From an uncultured delta proteobacterium (GTDB lineage: Bacteria > Desulfobacterota > Binatia > UBA9968), in NCBI GenBank assembly GCA_963745835.1, contig CAVUZH010000013.1, positions 192,001-256,000 on the forward strand: a stretch of DNA of 64,000 nt. The letters run 5' to 3'. Shown in pieces: positions 51,593 to 61,587 of this stretch (positions are counted from its first letter, which is position 1; every line of letters begins with the position of its first letter). The notes beneath the pieces were generated by a model, which ran no database searches, was not told the origin of the DNA, and worked only from the letters and a program-made list of their open reading frames with translations. Made by a program: the position numbers and the translations under genes.

Positions 51593-51619
51593 AGGGCAGG
51601 CGCGGGGGCCTGCCCCTAC
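51593..51619 (-). repeat. GTAG-type REP element
   Basis: Minus strand GTAGGGGCAGGCCCCCGCGCCTGCCCT: GTAG tetranucleotide followed by a GC-rich palindrome. Confidence 0.6.
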
Positions 51620-51654
51620 AACGAATTTTCCTTAGCCGATGGTTTTGAAAAAAA

Positions 51655-53388
51655 TTAACCCTCGCCGCGCTCGACGATCTGCTCTACCGGCTTGAGACGA
51701 ATATCGAGCAAGGCGACCTGGCCGCCAGCCACGGCGCGCAGGCCACGCTCGACTGCTTTGCGCACCTCCCCGGGGTCTTCGACCTTTTCGCCATAGCCGT
51801 CGAAAGCTTTGATGATCTGCGCATACTCCGGACACGGAGCGATGTGCAGGCCGGAGAAATTCTTCGATTTCACCGCCCAGCCTTCAGGATAGTACTTCGG
51901 GATACCGGATTTCTGCGACAGATAACCCTGGTTGTTAAACATCACCGTCAGGAACGGCAGGTTATGCTCTTGGGCAGCCCCGTACACCGCTGGCGCCGGA
52001 TCGTAGTTAAAAGATCCATCACCGATCACGCACACCACAGGACGTTTGGGATTGGCCGATTTCACGCCCAGCGCCGTCGAGAGGCCAGTGCCCAGGCCAC
52101 CGACGCAGCCTGCGAAAAACGAGCCTGGCTTGAGTGCATCGAAATAACGATGAATAGCTAAACGATGCGTGATCGTCTCTTCCACGACCATGGCGTCGGC
52201 CGGCAAGACCTGGCTGATTTCATGCGCTACCCAGCGGGTGTCCATCGGTTTCTGATCGGCAAGGGCCAGCGCCTCGTCGCGCCAGGCTTTCCTTTGGGCG
52301 TTGTTTTTCTTGCCGATCTCCTCAGCGCACTGCTTGCGCGACGAATCGCTGGCGGAGACTTTACTCTTCAACGCGGCCAAGAGCTGTTCGAGTGAGCTTT
52401 CGATCTCACCGGTCAAACAGAGATCGGCCTGATAACCATAGTAAGGCATATCGTGCCGCAACGGATTTTCATCCAGAATCGCCACGGTCGCCCCCGGCGA
52501 CGGCGTCGCCGAAGCCGGATGCCACGGCGCGATTACCGCCAACAAGAGAATCGCGTCCGCGCCCGCTAATGCCTTGCGTGGATCGTAGCCGCTGTGCAGC
52601 GGATGAGTGCGTGGAAAATTAAGCGCGCCCGTGCTGCGGGTTTCGACAACCACACACCCCAGAAGTTCGGCGATCTCGACCAGGCATTGCACCGACTTTG
52701 CCGTGCGCCCCGAATCTTCGGTGACAATGACCGGGTTTTTGGCGCCGGCCAGCAACTTGGCAAGCTCCTCGATGCCCTTCGGATCGGCGGTCGCTCCAGG
52801 CGCAAAGCCAACCGAGGGAACGTCTTTGATCATCTTGTCGAAGAGATGCTCCATCGACAAAGATACGAACGTCGGCCCCTTCGGCGCGGCCATCGCGAGC
52901 TGGCAGGCGCGTTGAATCGTCGCCGGCAAAATCGCTTTGTTGTTAACGCCGAAACTCCATTTCACCGTTTGCTCGACCATCTTCGCCGGGCCGCCAATGT
53001 TGGAGAGATGACCCAACCACTGCCCTCCCGGATCCGGTCCTTCGTCTTCGCCATAGCCAATCGATTCACCGCTGAATACTACCATTGGCACCTGTTCGCG
53101 AATCGCGCCACGCATGCCCATGGTCGCGTGCAGCGAGCCCACTGTGGTGTGGATCATGACCGCCGGCAGTTTGCCGGTGGCTTTGGCGTATCCGCTTGCC
53201 ATGCCGACGGCTACTTCTTCGTGGCGCGTGCTCAGATACTGCGGCATGCCTTCGACGCCCGGTTCCGCGAGCGCCTCCCATACCGGCGACCATTCGGATC
53301 CCGGCGACGCAAAGATTTTTTCCACGCCCATTCTTGCGAGGACGCGCAGCATGGATTGCGCCCCGGTTAACCCTTTAGTTTGAATCAT
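51655..53388 (-). CDS. Thiamine-diphosphate-dependent enzyme (acetolactate synthase/decarboxylase-like)
   Basis: TRHEEVAVGMASGYA; GDGS...NN ThDP-binding motif. Confidence 0.92.
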   Translation of the reverse strand: MIQTKGLTGAQSMLRVLARMGVEKIFASPGSEWSPVWEALAEPGVEGMPQYLSTRHEEVAVGMASGYAKATGKLPAVMIHTTVGSLHATMGMRGAIREQVPMVVFSGESIGYGEDEGPDPGGQWLGHLSNIGGPAKMVEQTVKWSFGVNNKAILPATIQRACQLAMAAPKGPTFVSLSMEHLFDKMIKDVPSVGFAPGATADPKGIEELAKLLAGAKNPVIVTEDSGRTAKSVQCLVEIAELLGCVVVETRSTGALNFPRTHPLHSGYDPRKALAGADAILLLAVIAPWHPASATPSPGATVAILDENPLRHDMPYYGYQADLCLTGEIESSLEQLLAALKSKVSASDSSRKQCAEEIGKKNNAQRKAWRDEALALADQKPMDTRWVAHEISQVLPADAMVVEETITHRLAIHRYFDALKPGSFFAGCVGGLGTGLSTALGVKSANPKRPVVCVIGDGSFNYDPAPAVYGAAQEHNLPFLTVMFNNQGYLSQKSGIPKYYPEGWAVKSKNFSGLHIAPCPEYAQIIKAFDGYGEKVEDPGEVRKAVERGLRAVAGGQVALLDIRLKPVEQIVERGEG

Positions 53389-53465
53389 ATGTCTTCCTTT
53401 CGGTTAATAAGAAATCGCCGCCGGTCCGCACCAGAAATTTTCAAGACCGGCGGTCGCTTTAAGCG

Positions 53466-54485
53466 CTACGAAAGATTGTAAAATCGCTTGGCGTTATTTA
53501 GCAGAATATCCTTTTTAGCTTCCACCGACAGGTCCTCACGGTTCCACACAATGCTCGCCGATTCAGGCCAACTCATATCCCAGTGCGGATAATCGGAGGC
53601 ATACATCAAAGTCTTCGAGCCGATCTCGTTGACAACGTAGCCCATCATCTTCTCTTCCGGCTCGCAACCATAATAGCTGTTGCCGTTGGTCAAATACTCG
53701 CTCGGTTTTTTCTTGCACAGCGGAGCTTCAGCCTTGCCGCGCTTTTCCCATTCTTCATCCATCCGCTCCGCCCAATAGGGTATCCAGCCGCATCCCACTT
53801 CGAGGTAGCCGATCTTCAGGTCGGGGAAAAGTTCGGGAATACCGCCGAAGACGATCGCGGTGAGCTGGCGTAGCACCGGAAATGGATGACCGGTGGTGTG
53901 CAGGCAGATGAACTTATCGAAAATTTCAGTGCCGGGCTCATCGCCGCCGAAGGCATGAATCGCGATCGGCGTATTGAGCCGCTGCGCTTCTTCATAGAGC
54001 GGGTAAAACTCGGGGCTGCCAAGATTTTTCATATGAGACTGCGCCGCCAACATGCCGCCGCATAGCCCGAGTTTGGTGACCGCGCGGTTAAGCTCCTTGG
54101 CCGCTTCGGCGGGATTATTGACCGGTAGATTAGCCACTGCCTTGAGGCGCGGCGACGCCTTGCAGTAATCCGAAATGTAATCGTTATAAGCCCGGCATAG
54201 CGCCGCATTAAACGCCGGATCGCGGATGGCGCCGATACCCAAGCCGCTCGTCGGATACATAACGGCGCTCTCAATTTGCTGCGTGTCCATGGCAGCCAGA
54301 CGTTCTTCGTGTTTCGCCCCCGAAAAGCCCAACGTCCCGCCTAGATTGCGGTCGTAGGTTTCCCGCAGAAAAAACGGCGCTCGCTGGCTGCGATAGGGTT
54401 CGTCCAGATACGGCCGAAGATTTTCATCGAGATCGCGCGCATGAGCGTCCGAATCTAAAACTTTAAGTGCTTCTCTCAATTCCAT
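53466..54485 (-). CDS. Amidohydrolase_2 family protein (LigW/ACMSD-like)
   Basis: DSDAH, AIH, YLEVGCGW, YASDYPHWD. Confidence 0.9.
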   Translation of the reverse strand: MELREALKVLDSDAHARDLDENLRPYLDEPYRSQRAPFFLRETYDRNLGGTLGFSGAKHEERLAAMDTQQIESAVMYPTSGLGIGAIRDPAFNAALCRAYNDYISDYCKASPRLKAVANLPVNNPAEAAKELNRAVTKLGLCGGMLAAQSHMKNLGSPEFYPLYEEAQRLNTPIAIHAFGGDEPGTEIFDKFICLHTTGHPFPVLRQLTAIVFGGIPELFPDLKIGYLEVGCGWIPYWAERMDEEWEKRGKAEAPLCKKKPSEYLTNGNSYYGCEPEEKMMGYVVNEIGSKTLMYASDYPHWDMSWPESASIVWNREDLSVEAKKDILLNNAKRFYNLS

Positions 54486-54499
54486 AATTGCTCCTCTAT

Positions 54500-54533
54500 T
54501 TGTAAAACGTGTCATCTTGTAAAACGTGTCATC
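54500..54533. repeat. Perfect 17-bp tandem duplication
   Basis: TTGTAAAACGTGTCATC x2 in the 48-nt gap between two amidohydrolase genes. Confidence 0.9.
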
Positions 54534-55694
54534 TCAGGCGTGCGCTGCCGCCGCGGCCACATGGGTCTCGGGCAACGAAGCCGCTACCTTGATTTGATAC
54601 AGCTCGGTAACGTTGCTATTGAGCAGCTTCTCCCGATCGGTAGGATCAAGATGACCCATATCACGCGCAATCACATCCCGCGAGTTGGGCCAGGTCGAAT
54701 TTTGATGTGGATAGTCGTTGGACCACATGAAGTTATCGCAGCCCCACCATGAGAACAATTTAGCGCCGACCGGATCGTTAAAGAATGTCGCATAAACCTG
54801 GCGGCGAAAATATTCGCTGGGCAGCTTATCGATGGTCAGCTTCTCCGAATGTCGATGCCGCTTGAACGCTTTGTCGCATTGACCGAGCCAGAATGGCATC
54901 CAGCCGATTTCATTCTCGACCGACACTACTTTAAGCCGAGGATAGCGCTCCAAAACTCCGGTAAAAATGATGTCGAACAGAGCGTCCTCGATTTCGCGAG
55001 TCTGTTGCACGCCGATACGATAGCGCTTGATGCCGTGGCTGGTCTGGCGATGCATGCTGTCGCCGAAGCCGGTCAGAATGTGCAGATGAACCGGCAATTG
55101 GAGATCCTGGGACGCCGCCCAAAATCGTTCGTAGTGCTCGGCGGTAAAAGGCAGCTTGGGATGGGGCACTTGCCAGATCATCGTGCCGACAATCCCATGC
55201 TCCTTGCAGCGCTTCATTTCGGCAATAGCGTGATCGATATCGAACATGGAAATAAGCGCGATGCCAAAGAGCCGGTCCGGCACTTTTTGACAGTATTCGA
55301 TCAGCCAATCGTTATAGGTTCTAAACAGCGCCTCCTGAAGCGCGGCATCCTCGAGACAGAACAAACCGAGACCGAGGCTGGGATAAAGCACTTCGGCCGC
55401 GACGCCGTCTGTGACCATGTCTTTCATCCGCTCGAGCGGATCCCAGCCGCCGGGGCGGGCCACGGAGAAACCGGCGCGGCGGAAACTCTCTACCTGGTCC
55501 GGGCGCTGCCCGGCCATGAACAAGCCGCCCACCGCTTGCACAGGCACCTCAGCCGAGCCGAACATCCAGGCATCGCGCTTTTCATCGAAAAACGCTTTCG
55601 GCGCACGCTCGGAAAACGATGACGGCACACCCTTCTCCCACAAGTCCGGAACCTCGATCACATGCGAATCCGACGAGATAATGGTTTGTTCCAT
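54534..55694 (-). CDS. Amidohydrolase_2 family protein
   Basis: SSDSHVIE, AEVLYPS, VHLH, ENEIGW, MWSNDYPH. Confidence 0.9.
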   Translation of the reverse strand: MEQTIISSDSHVIEVPDLWEKGVPSSFSERAPKAFFDEKRDAWMFGSAEVPVQAVGGLFMAGQRPDQVESFRRAGFSVARPGGWDPLERMKDMVTDGVAAEVLYPSLGLGLFCLEDAALQEALFRTYNDWLIEYCQKVPDRLFGIALISMFDIDHAIAEMKRCKEHGIVGTMIWQVPHPKLPFTAEHYERFWAASQDLQLPVHLHILTGFGDSMHRQTSHGIKRYRIGVQQTREIEDALFDIIFTGVLERYPRLKVVSVENEIGWMPFWLGQCDKAFKRHRHSEKLTIDKLPSEYFRRQVYATFFNDPVGAKLFSWWGCDNFMWSNDYPHQNSTWPNSRDVIARDMGHLDPTDREKLLNSNVTELYQIKVAASLPETHVAAAAAHA

Positions 55695-55708
55695 GGCTCC
55701 TCCTCGAA

Positions 55709-56704
55709 CTATTTTTTAGCCCATAGCTGATCAAAAAATCCGCTCTTTTCCATTTCATCGAGATAACGACGATCGATGAGATCTTCGGGTGAGACTTTTT
55801 TAGCCCGCGGCTCATTCGGAGCGATTTCGTCGAGAGTCGCTTGTATCGCTTCCGTCTTGATCGCTAGCCGCGGCTCGAGCGCCTTGATCTCGGCGTTGTA
55901 GGCGGCATCGAGAATCGGTTTTTCCGTCACCCGTAAATATTTGCCGAGCACCTTGTAAACAAATTCTCGATCGGTTTGCATTAGCTTGGCGGTGTCGGCC
56001 ATGGCGCGCATGAAATTACCGATGACTTGCGGACGTTTGGCGATTACCGAGCGCTTAGTCACGAACGCCGTGGCCGCATAAGGGATCTTCAAATCGGGTC
56101 CGTAGAGTACATAGTGGAATTTATTTGCCAGAGCTTTGGCGTCGGACGGCGGCGTCAGCGCGGCTGCCTCAACGTTGCCGGTCATCAAAGCCGCGAGCGA
56201 CTCGGGATCGCCGCCGCTTTGCATGAAGCTAAAATCCCGATTGGGTTCGAGGCCGTGCCGCCGCAGAGCCTGGATCGTGAAATAATGAGTGTTGCCGCCG
56301 ATGCGGCTGACCGCGATCCTTTTCCCTTTGAGATCCTCGGGTCTTTTGAGAGCTCCGCCCGCGACCAGACTCTGAGTCATGACGTTTTTTACCCCGCCGA
56401 CGAAAACCACATCGCTGGAACCGCGGACATAGGCGATGACGTTGCCGATACCGCCGGTCAGAGTCATCTCAGCATCACCGCCGAGCAACGCCGCTGTGAC
56501 GATGCTGGACGACGAAATAAATACCAAATTGAAATCGATATTGTGTTTCTTGAACAGCCCGGCCTCCTCCGCCATCCACGGCAAAGACTGCGACATCACC
56601 CGGGCGGAGTGGATACCCACCAGCTTGTCCGGGGCCGAAGCGGCATGAATCAAGACCGGCGCGAGAAGCAGAAAGTAAATCGCGGGAAAAATATTTCGCA
56701 TCAT
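55709..56704 (-). CDS. NMT1/THI5-like substrate-binding protein (orphan)
   Basis: Close paralog of 56701-57720; ATGA overlap. Confidence 0.88.
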   Translation of the reverse strand: MMRNIFPAIYFLLLAPVLIHAASAPDKLVGIHSARVMSQSLPWMAEEAGLFKKHNIDFNLVFISSSSIVTAALLGGDAEMTLTGGIGNVIAYVRGSSDVVFVGGVKNVMTQSLVAGGALKRPEDLKGKRIAVSRIGGNTHYFTIQALRRHGLEPNRDFSFMQSGGDPESLAALMTGNVEAAALTPPSDAKALANKFHYVLYGPDLKIPYAATAFVTKRSVIAKRPQVIGNFMRAMADTAKLMQTDREFVYKVLGKYLRVTEKPILDAAYNAEIKALEPRLAIKTEAIQATLDEIAPNEPRAKKVSPEDLIDRRYLDEMEKSGFFDQLWAKK

Positions 56705-57720
56705 AGCTCCTTCTTTTTCCCCCAAAGTTGATCCATAAATCCGCTTTTTTCCATTTCGTCCAGGTAGCGACTGTCGATGAGTTCTTGCGGTTTGACTTTC
56801 TTTGCCCGTGGATCGGTTTGGGCCACTTCGTCGAGAATCGCCTGCAACGCCTCGGTCTTGATCGCAAGTCGCGGCTCGAGCGCTTTGATCTCGGCATTGT
56901 AAGCAGAATCGAGCACGCTTCTATCGGTAATACGCAGGTACTTGCCAAGTACTTTGTAAACAAACTCCCGGTCGGTGTGCATGATCTTCGCCGTTTCCGC
57001 CATCGCACGCATAAAATTTCCGACCACCTGCGGCCGTTTTGCGATCACCGAACGTTTGGTTACGAAAGCCGTGGCAGCGTAAGGAATCTTCAGATCGGGA
57101 CCATAGATCACGTAGTGATAGCCGCGCGAGATCGCAAGCGCATCGGTGGGCGGAGTCAAATTGGCGACTTCAAGCGACCCGCTCATCAGTGCCGCAAAGG
57201 TCTCCGGATCACCGCCGGTTTGCATGAACGAAACATCGCGATTCGGATCCATGTTGAATTTGCGCAGCGCTTGAACGGTGAAGTAATGGGAATTGCCGCC
57301 GATGCGGCTCACGCCGATTCTCTTGCCCTTCAAGTCTTCCGGTCTCTTGATGTTGCCGCCGGCGACGATGGTTTGGGTCATAACGTTCTTGATGGCGCCG
57401 ATGAAGACCACGTCGGTGGAACCGCGGACGTAAGCATTGACGTTGCCGACGCCGCCGGTGACCGTCATCTCGGCGTCGCCGCCGAGCAGCGCTGCGGTGA
57501 CAATGCTCGAAGATGAAATAAAAACCAGGTTGAAATCGAGATTGTATTTCTTAAATAGCCCGGCTTCCTGCGCCATCCATGGGAGCGACTGGGACATGAC
57601 TCGCGAGGAGTGAATACCGACCATTTGGTCAGGAGCGGAAGCGCCGCGCGCGGGAATTTCGCCTGGACCTAGCAGCGCTACAAGAACCAATGCGAGGATC
57701 AATAGTTTGCTTTCTCTCAT
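56701..57720 (-). CDS. NMT1/THI5-like substrate-binding protein (orphan)
   Basis: Signal peptide; GLFKKYNLD, DLKGKRIGVSRIG, DEMEKSGF. Confidence 0.88.
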   Translation of the reverse strand: MRESKLLILALVLVALLGPGEIPARGASAPDQMVGIHSSRVMSQSLPWMAQEAGLFKKYNLDFNLVFISSSSIVTAALLGGDAEMTVTGGVGNVNAYVRGSTDVVFIGAIKNVMTQTIVAGGNIKRPEDLKGKRIGVSRIGGNSHYFTVQALRKFNMDPNRDVSFMQTGGDPETFAALMSGSLEVANLTPPTDALAISRGYHYVIYGPDLKIPYAATAFVTKRSVIAKRPQVVGNFMRAMAETAKIMHTDREFVYKVLGKYLRITDRSVLDSAYNAEIKALEPRLAIKTEALQAILDEVAQTDPRAKKVKPQELIDSRYLDEMEKSGFMDQLWGKKKEL

Positions 57721-57853
57721 CAGGTATTCTCTCCTGCTAAGAACGGCGGCTATCAGTTTTCGATTCGGTGATTCTTCTCAATATCTAGCCTTCTATCGCT
57801 TCAAGGAACCGATTGTCAAAAACAATGGCGTCCAGAATCGTTCGGCTCGAGGT

Positions 57854-58879
57854 TCACGACCCAAAGCGCTCTTTCCAGAGCGGGATCGCTTTGGGATTCA
57901 CTACCGTGTCAGGCGGCTTGCCGTCGAGAATCGAAAGAATGCTGCGTGCGGCAAGCCGCTGACCCGCTTCCAGCGAGCCCGGATTGTTGCCGATGATGTG
58001 CGGCGTCATCGTCAACTTGGTGGGGTCGACCTGGCGCAGGGGATTGTTCATCGGCGTCGGTTCTTCATCAAAAACATCCAACGCCGCTCCCGCGATGATG
58101 CCTTCATTAAGAGCTTGCGCCAGATCCGCCTCGTCGAACACTTGACCACGGGAAGTGTTGACGATGTACGCGGTCTTCTTCATCATCTTGAGCTGCGCTA
58201 ACTGGATCATCTTGCGCGTCTCCCGGGTGAGAACCACATGAATCGTCACCAGATCCGATTGTCCGAGCAACTCTTCCAATGAGACCATCTTGATGCCGAG
58301 AGGCGCCACTGTTTCCTGATCGACATACGGATCGTAACCGAGAAACTTCAGATCCCAGCCGCTCAGCCGCTTAACGACGTTACGGCCGATGCGGCCGACG
58401 CCGATGATACCGATGGTGCGGCCCGTCATCAGCATGCCGCGGTTCTGCGGCTCCTTCCAACCGCCCTGGCGCAGCAAAGCTTCGTTGAACTTCAGGCGCT
58501 TGAAAAGCATCACCATCAATCCGACGGTAGCTTCGGCAACCCCCAGGTAATTTTCCGGCGTTGGGCTGTTGCAGCAGAGAATGCCGAGGTCGGTGGCCGC
58601 ATCGACATCGACGGTTTCTATACCGATGCTCGACTTTACGACGGCTTGGAGGTTGGCGCAGGAATCGAGAATCTCGCCGCCGATGATATCGCGGCCCGAG
58701 GGAAATACCACCGCGGAGTCGCCGATCAATTCGACCAGCTCGCGCCGGGGGTATTTGTACTCGCGGAAGTCGTCCTGGTTTTTCCCCATCACCAGTTCAC
58801 AACCGGCGCCACGCAGAATTTCTTCGGCGACTTTGAGCCGTGTCGGACCGGTAAAGCAAACTTTTCGTGTTGTTGCCAT
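57854..58879 (-). CDS. D-isomer-specific 2-hydroxyacid dehydrogenase (SerA-like)
   Basis: GIIGVGRIG Rossmann motif, VNTSRG, AALDVFDEEP, TPH. Confidence 0.9.
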   Translation of the reverse strand: MATTRKVCFTGPTRLKVAEEILRGAGCELVMGKNQDDFREYKYPRRELVELIGDSAVVFPSGRDIIGGEILDSCANLQAVVKSSIGIETVDVDAATDLGILCCNSPTPENYLGVAEATVGLMVMLFKRLKFNEALLRQGGWKEPQNRGMLMTGRTIGIIGVGRIGRNVVKRLSGWDLKFLGYDPYVDQETVAPLGIKMVSLEELLGQSDLVTIHVVLTRETRKMIQLAQLKMMKKTAYIVNTSRGQVFDEADLAQALNEGIIAGAALDVFDEEPTPMNNPLRQVDPTKLTMTPHIIGNNPGSLEAGQRLAARSILSILDGKPPDTVVNPKAIPLWKERFGS

Positions 58880-58889
58880 AGGTCGGGTC

Positions 58890-59912
58890 TCAGCTGAGGT
58901 TGTAAAGTTTTTTCGCGGTCTCAGCGAGAAGCCATTTCTTGGCCTCGTCGTTGAGATCCTTTCGTCTGGCGAGGTGATCGATGTTTTCAGGAAATTCAGT
59001 GTCCCAATGCGGGTAATCCGAAGCATAATAAATGACGTTGTGCGAAATCACCTCAGTGGTAGCGCCAATCAAAGGCTCGTAATCCTCGGCATGGAAGTAG
59101 ATTCGCCCTTCCTTGAAGTATTCCGTTGGTTTCTTCTTGCATTTGGGAGCTTCCACCGCACCCCGCTTTTCCCACTCCTCATTCATTCGCCCGAACCAGT
59201 AAGGCGCCCAGCTACAACCGGCCTCCATATAAGCAACACGGAGTTTGGGGAATTGATCAAAAACGCCGCGGAACATCATGCTCGTGCACTGCATCATTTG
59301 GGCAAAGGAATGAGACAGCGTATGAACTTCGATAAACTGATCGAACATGTCGGCGGCAAAATAATGCGGGCCGCGCACCGTGGCATGAATCCCGACCATG
59401 CAATCGAGCCTCTCCGCTTCTTGGTAAATCGGCCAGAAGCTCTCGTGCCCTAATGGCAGTCTTAAGCCCACTGCCGGCAGCATGACACCGGGCAGCTTGA
59501 GTTCCGTTACCGCGCGCCGCAGCTCTTTGACCGCTTCAGGCACGTCCTGGAAGGGAATCAGCGCCACTGCCTTGAGACGTGGGCTGACTTTTTGAAACTC
59601 TTCCGAAACAAAGTCGTTCCATGCCTTGGAATAAGCCACCGCCACATCGGGCTCGCGGATCCAACCGACGCTGAGACCATTGGTGGGATAAAGCACCGCC
59701 GTCGAAACACCGCCCCGATCCATCGCATCAAGCCAGCTTCTGGCATCTTTAGCGCGAGTCCCTAATGTTCCGCCGATCGAACGGTCCCAGCTATCGCGCG
59801 GCGTCAGTGTAGCGGCCCGATCGCGATAACGCGCGTCCATATACTGTTTGAGCTGGTTATCCTCTTCAGTGATGTGACCGTCAGCATCAATGACTTCAAA
59901 ATTGTGCGCCAT
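58890..59912 (-). CDS. Amidohydrolase_2 family protein, paralog of 53466-54485
   Basis: DADGH, YMEAGCSW, YASDYPHWD. Confidence 0.9.
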   Translation of the reverse strand: MAHNFEVIDADGHITEEDNQLKQYMDARYRDRAATLTPRDSWDRSIGGTLGTRAKDARSWLDAMDRGGVSTAVLYPTNGLSVGWIREPDVAVAYSKAWNDFVSEEFQKVSPRLKAVALIPFQDVPEAVKELRRAVTELKLPGVMLPAVGLRLPLGHESFWPIYQEAERLDCMVGIHATVRGPHYFAADMFDQFIEVHTLSHSFAQMMQCTSMMFRGVFDQFPKLRVAYMEAGCSWAPYWFGRMNEEWEKRGAVEAPKCKKKPTEYFKEGRIYFHAEDYEPLIGATTEVISHNVIYYASDYPHWDTEFPENIDHLARRKDLNDEAKKWLLAETAKKLYNLS

Positions 59913-60070
59913 AATGACTCATCCCTTTCTTTTTGGATTCCTCTCAAACCGTCTACGCCTCAACAGACTTGTGTGTCAAGAGAACGGTGTACCCAATAAA
60001 CGATTCAGGCTATTCTGTGAGCGCGCTTCGCCAGCGGTCGCAGCCGGCGGTTTAAAGGACAGAAGAGCCT

Positions 60071-60364
60071 ATGAAGAAATACTGTTATTGGGGAGTTCTG
60101 ATCGCCTGGGTATTGTGGATCCGAACTCAGAGCCCCACGAGTGATAGTTGGAATGCCTTACCGGGTTTTGCAAGCCGCGAACTGTGCGCCGTTAATGCAA
60201 AGGAGAAGGTGGCTGTGTGGCGGCAGTTCAAAGATGCCGTGATCCGCGACAATACCGTTACATTTACGGACAACAACACTACCATGACCTACATTTGCTT
60301 GAGCGACGACGATGATCCGCGGCGTAAGCCGAAGCCGGCGGCACCCAAGCAGCCGGTCAGTTAG
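60071..60364 (+). CDS. Small hypothetical exported protein
   Basis: AWVLW...W...F.SRELC...YICL.DDDDPR pattern with a Cys pair. Confidence 0.55.
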   Translation: MKKYCYWGVLIAWVLWIRTQSPTSDSWNALPGFASRELCAVNAKEKVAVWRQFKDAVIRDNTVTFTDNNTTMTYICLSDDDDPRRKPKPAAPKQPVS

Positions 60365-60585
60365 CCCGCTGATTAAAAGTCTCATCGTTCGACACTGCGA
60401 CTTGACCCAGTGCCGGCAACGTTCCGACTGGCCCCCTTCGTGTTCGTGCCCGCGTGTTCGTAATCATTCGGAATTCCTCAATCACGTTTGCACCACACGA
60501 TCACGAGGACTCGGGCTACCTTCAGAGCTTTGAGAGCAGCGCGCTGCGGAGCTACAGAAGCAATCTGTCACGTTCCCCGAAATGA

Positions 60586-61533
60586 TCACGCGTTCTCTAT
60601 CTTGCCAATCACTCCCTGCGCCAACCATTCCATCCGCTCGAGGGTCTCGGGGGCGCTGGGACGGCGCACGTCAAAGATCAAGGTATCGACACCAGCATCA
60701 CGATAGTCTTGAATATCGCCGATGATCTCATCATCGGCACCGACAAACCTTCGTCTCTTGCCGGGAACGGTTTGTTTTTCGCGATCGTACAACGAACCTT
60801 TGAGCGCGACGAGAATAGCGTCCGGATTTCGACCGGCGGCTTGAGCAAAGCTTCGCAGAGTCTCTACATCCTGCTTTAGATCCTCGGGTTCGAGAGGAAT
60901 GGTGGGAACCCCGCCAATGGGATGCCAACCATCGCCGAGTTGTCCTGCGCGTCTCAAAGCTTGCCTGCTGTGCCCGCCTATCCATATCGGTATGGCCGGC
61001 TTCTGCACCGGTTTGGGCAAAAAGATGATATCGGAAAAGCTGCAATATTCTCCCTGAAAAGACGGATTATCCTGCGTCCATAGCTCTCGAAACGCGCGGA
61101 TATATTCATCGGTCACCCGCCCTCGCTCCGGGTATGGCGGCGCCCTTAAATTTTCAAATTCTTCCTTCATCCAGCCGACCCCTAGTCCGACAATGATCCT
61201 GCCGTTGGATAGAACATCGAGCGAGGCGAGCATCTTGGCGGTAATCACCGGATTGCGATACGGCGCGATCATAACGCTGGTAACGAAACGTATGCGGGTG
61301 GTTGCCCCGGCGAGAAAGCCAATGGTGGTCAATGTCTCGAGATGATAGCCAGCGCCCGGGTATTTGCCGTCGGCTGTGTAAGGATAAGGAACGGAGATAT
61401 TCTTGGGCACGATGATGTGATCGGCAACCGTAATACAGTAAAACCCCAGCTCCTCGGCGCGCCGGGCAAACCTTACCAGGTCTTGTGACGTCACGGTGCC
61501 GGTCGAAGCCGGTAAATGGAGTCCAAACTGCAT
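60586..61533 (-). CDS. LLM-class flavin/F420-dependent oxidoreductase
   Basis: ADHII.P, AKMLASLDVLSNGR, GVGWMKEEF, PKPVQKP.IPIWIGG. Confidence 0.9.
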   Translation of the reverse strand: MQFGLHLPASTGTVTSQDLVRFARRAEELGFYCITVADHIIVPKNISVPYPYTADGKYPGAGYHLETLTTIGFLAGATTRIRFVTSVMIAPYRNPVITAKMLASLDVLSNGRIIVGLGVGWMKEEFENLRAPPYPERGRVTDEYIRAFRELWTQDNPSFQGEYCSFSDIIFLPKPVQKPAIPIWIGGHSRQALRRAGQLGDGWHPIGGVPTIPLEPEDLKQDVETLRSFAQAAGRNPDAILVALKGSLYDREKQTVPGKRRRFVGADDEIIGDIQDYRDAGVDTLIFDVRRPSAPETLERMEWLAQGVIGKIENA

Positions 61534-61587
61534 AGGCTTTTCCTCTTTGAATGTTTGCCTCTAGCGATTGCTGGAAAACCTTGCTTT

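Noticed and set aside
50799-59453. Long plus-strand ORFs (e.g. 50799-51482, 52594-53370, 54849-55622, 56728-57516, 58569-59453)
   Set aside because: They are antisense shadows of well-supported minus-strand genes in GC-rich DNA and carry no recognisable motifs.
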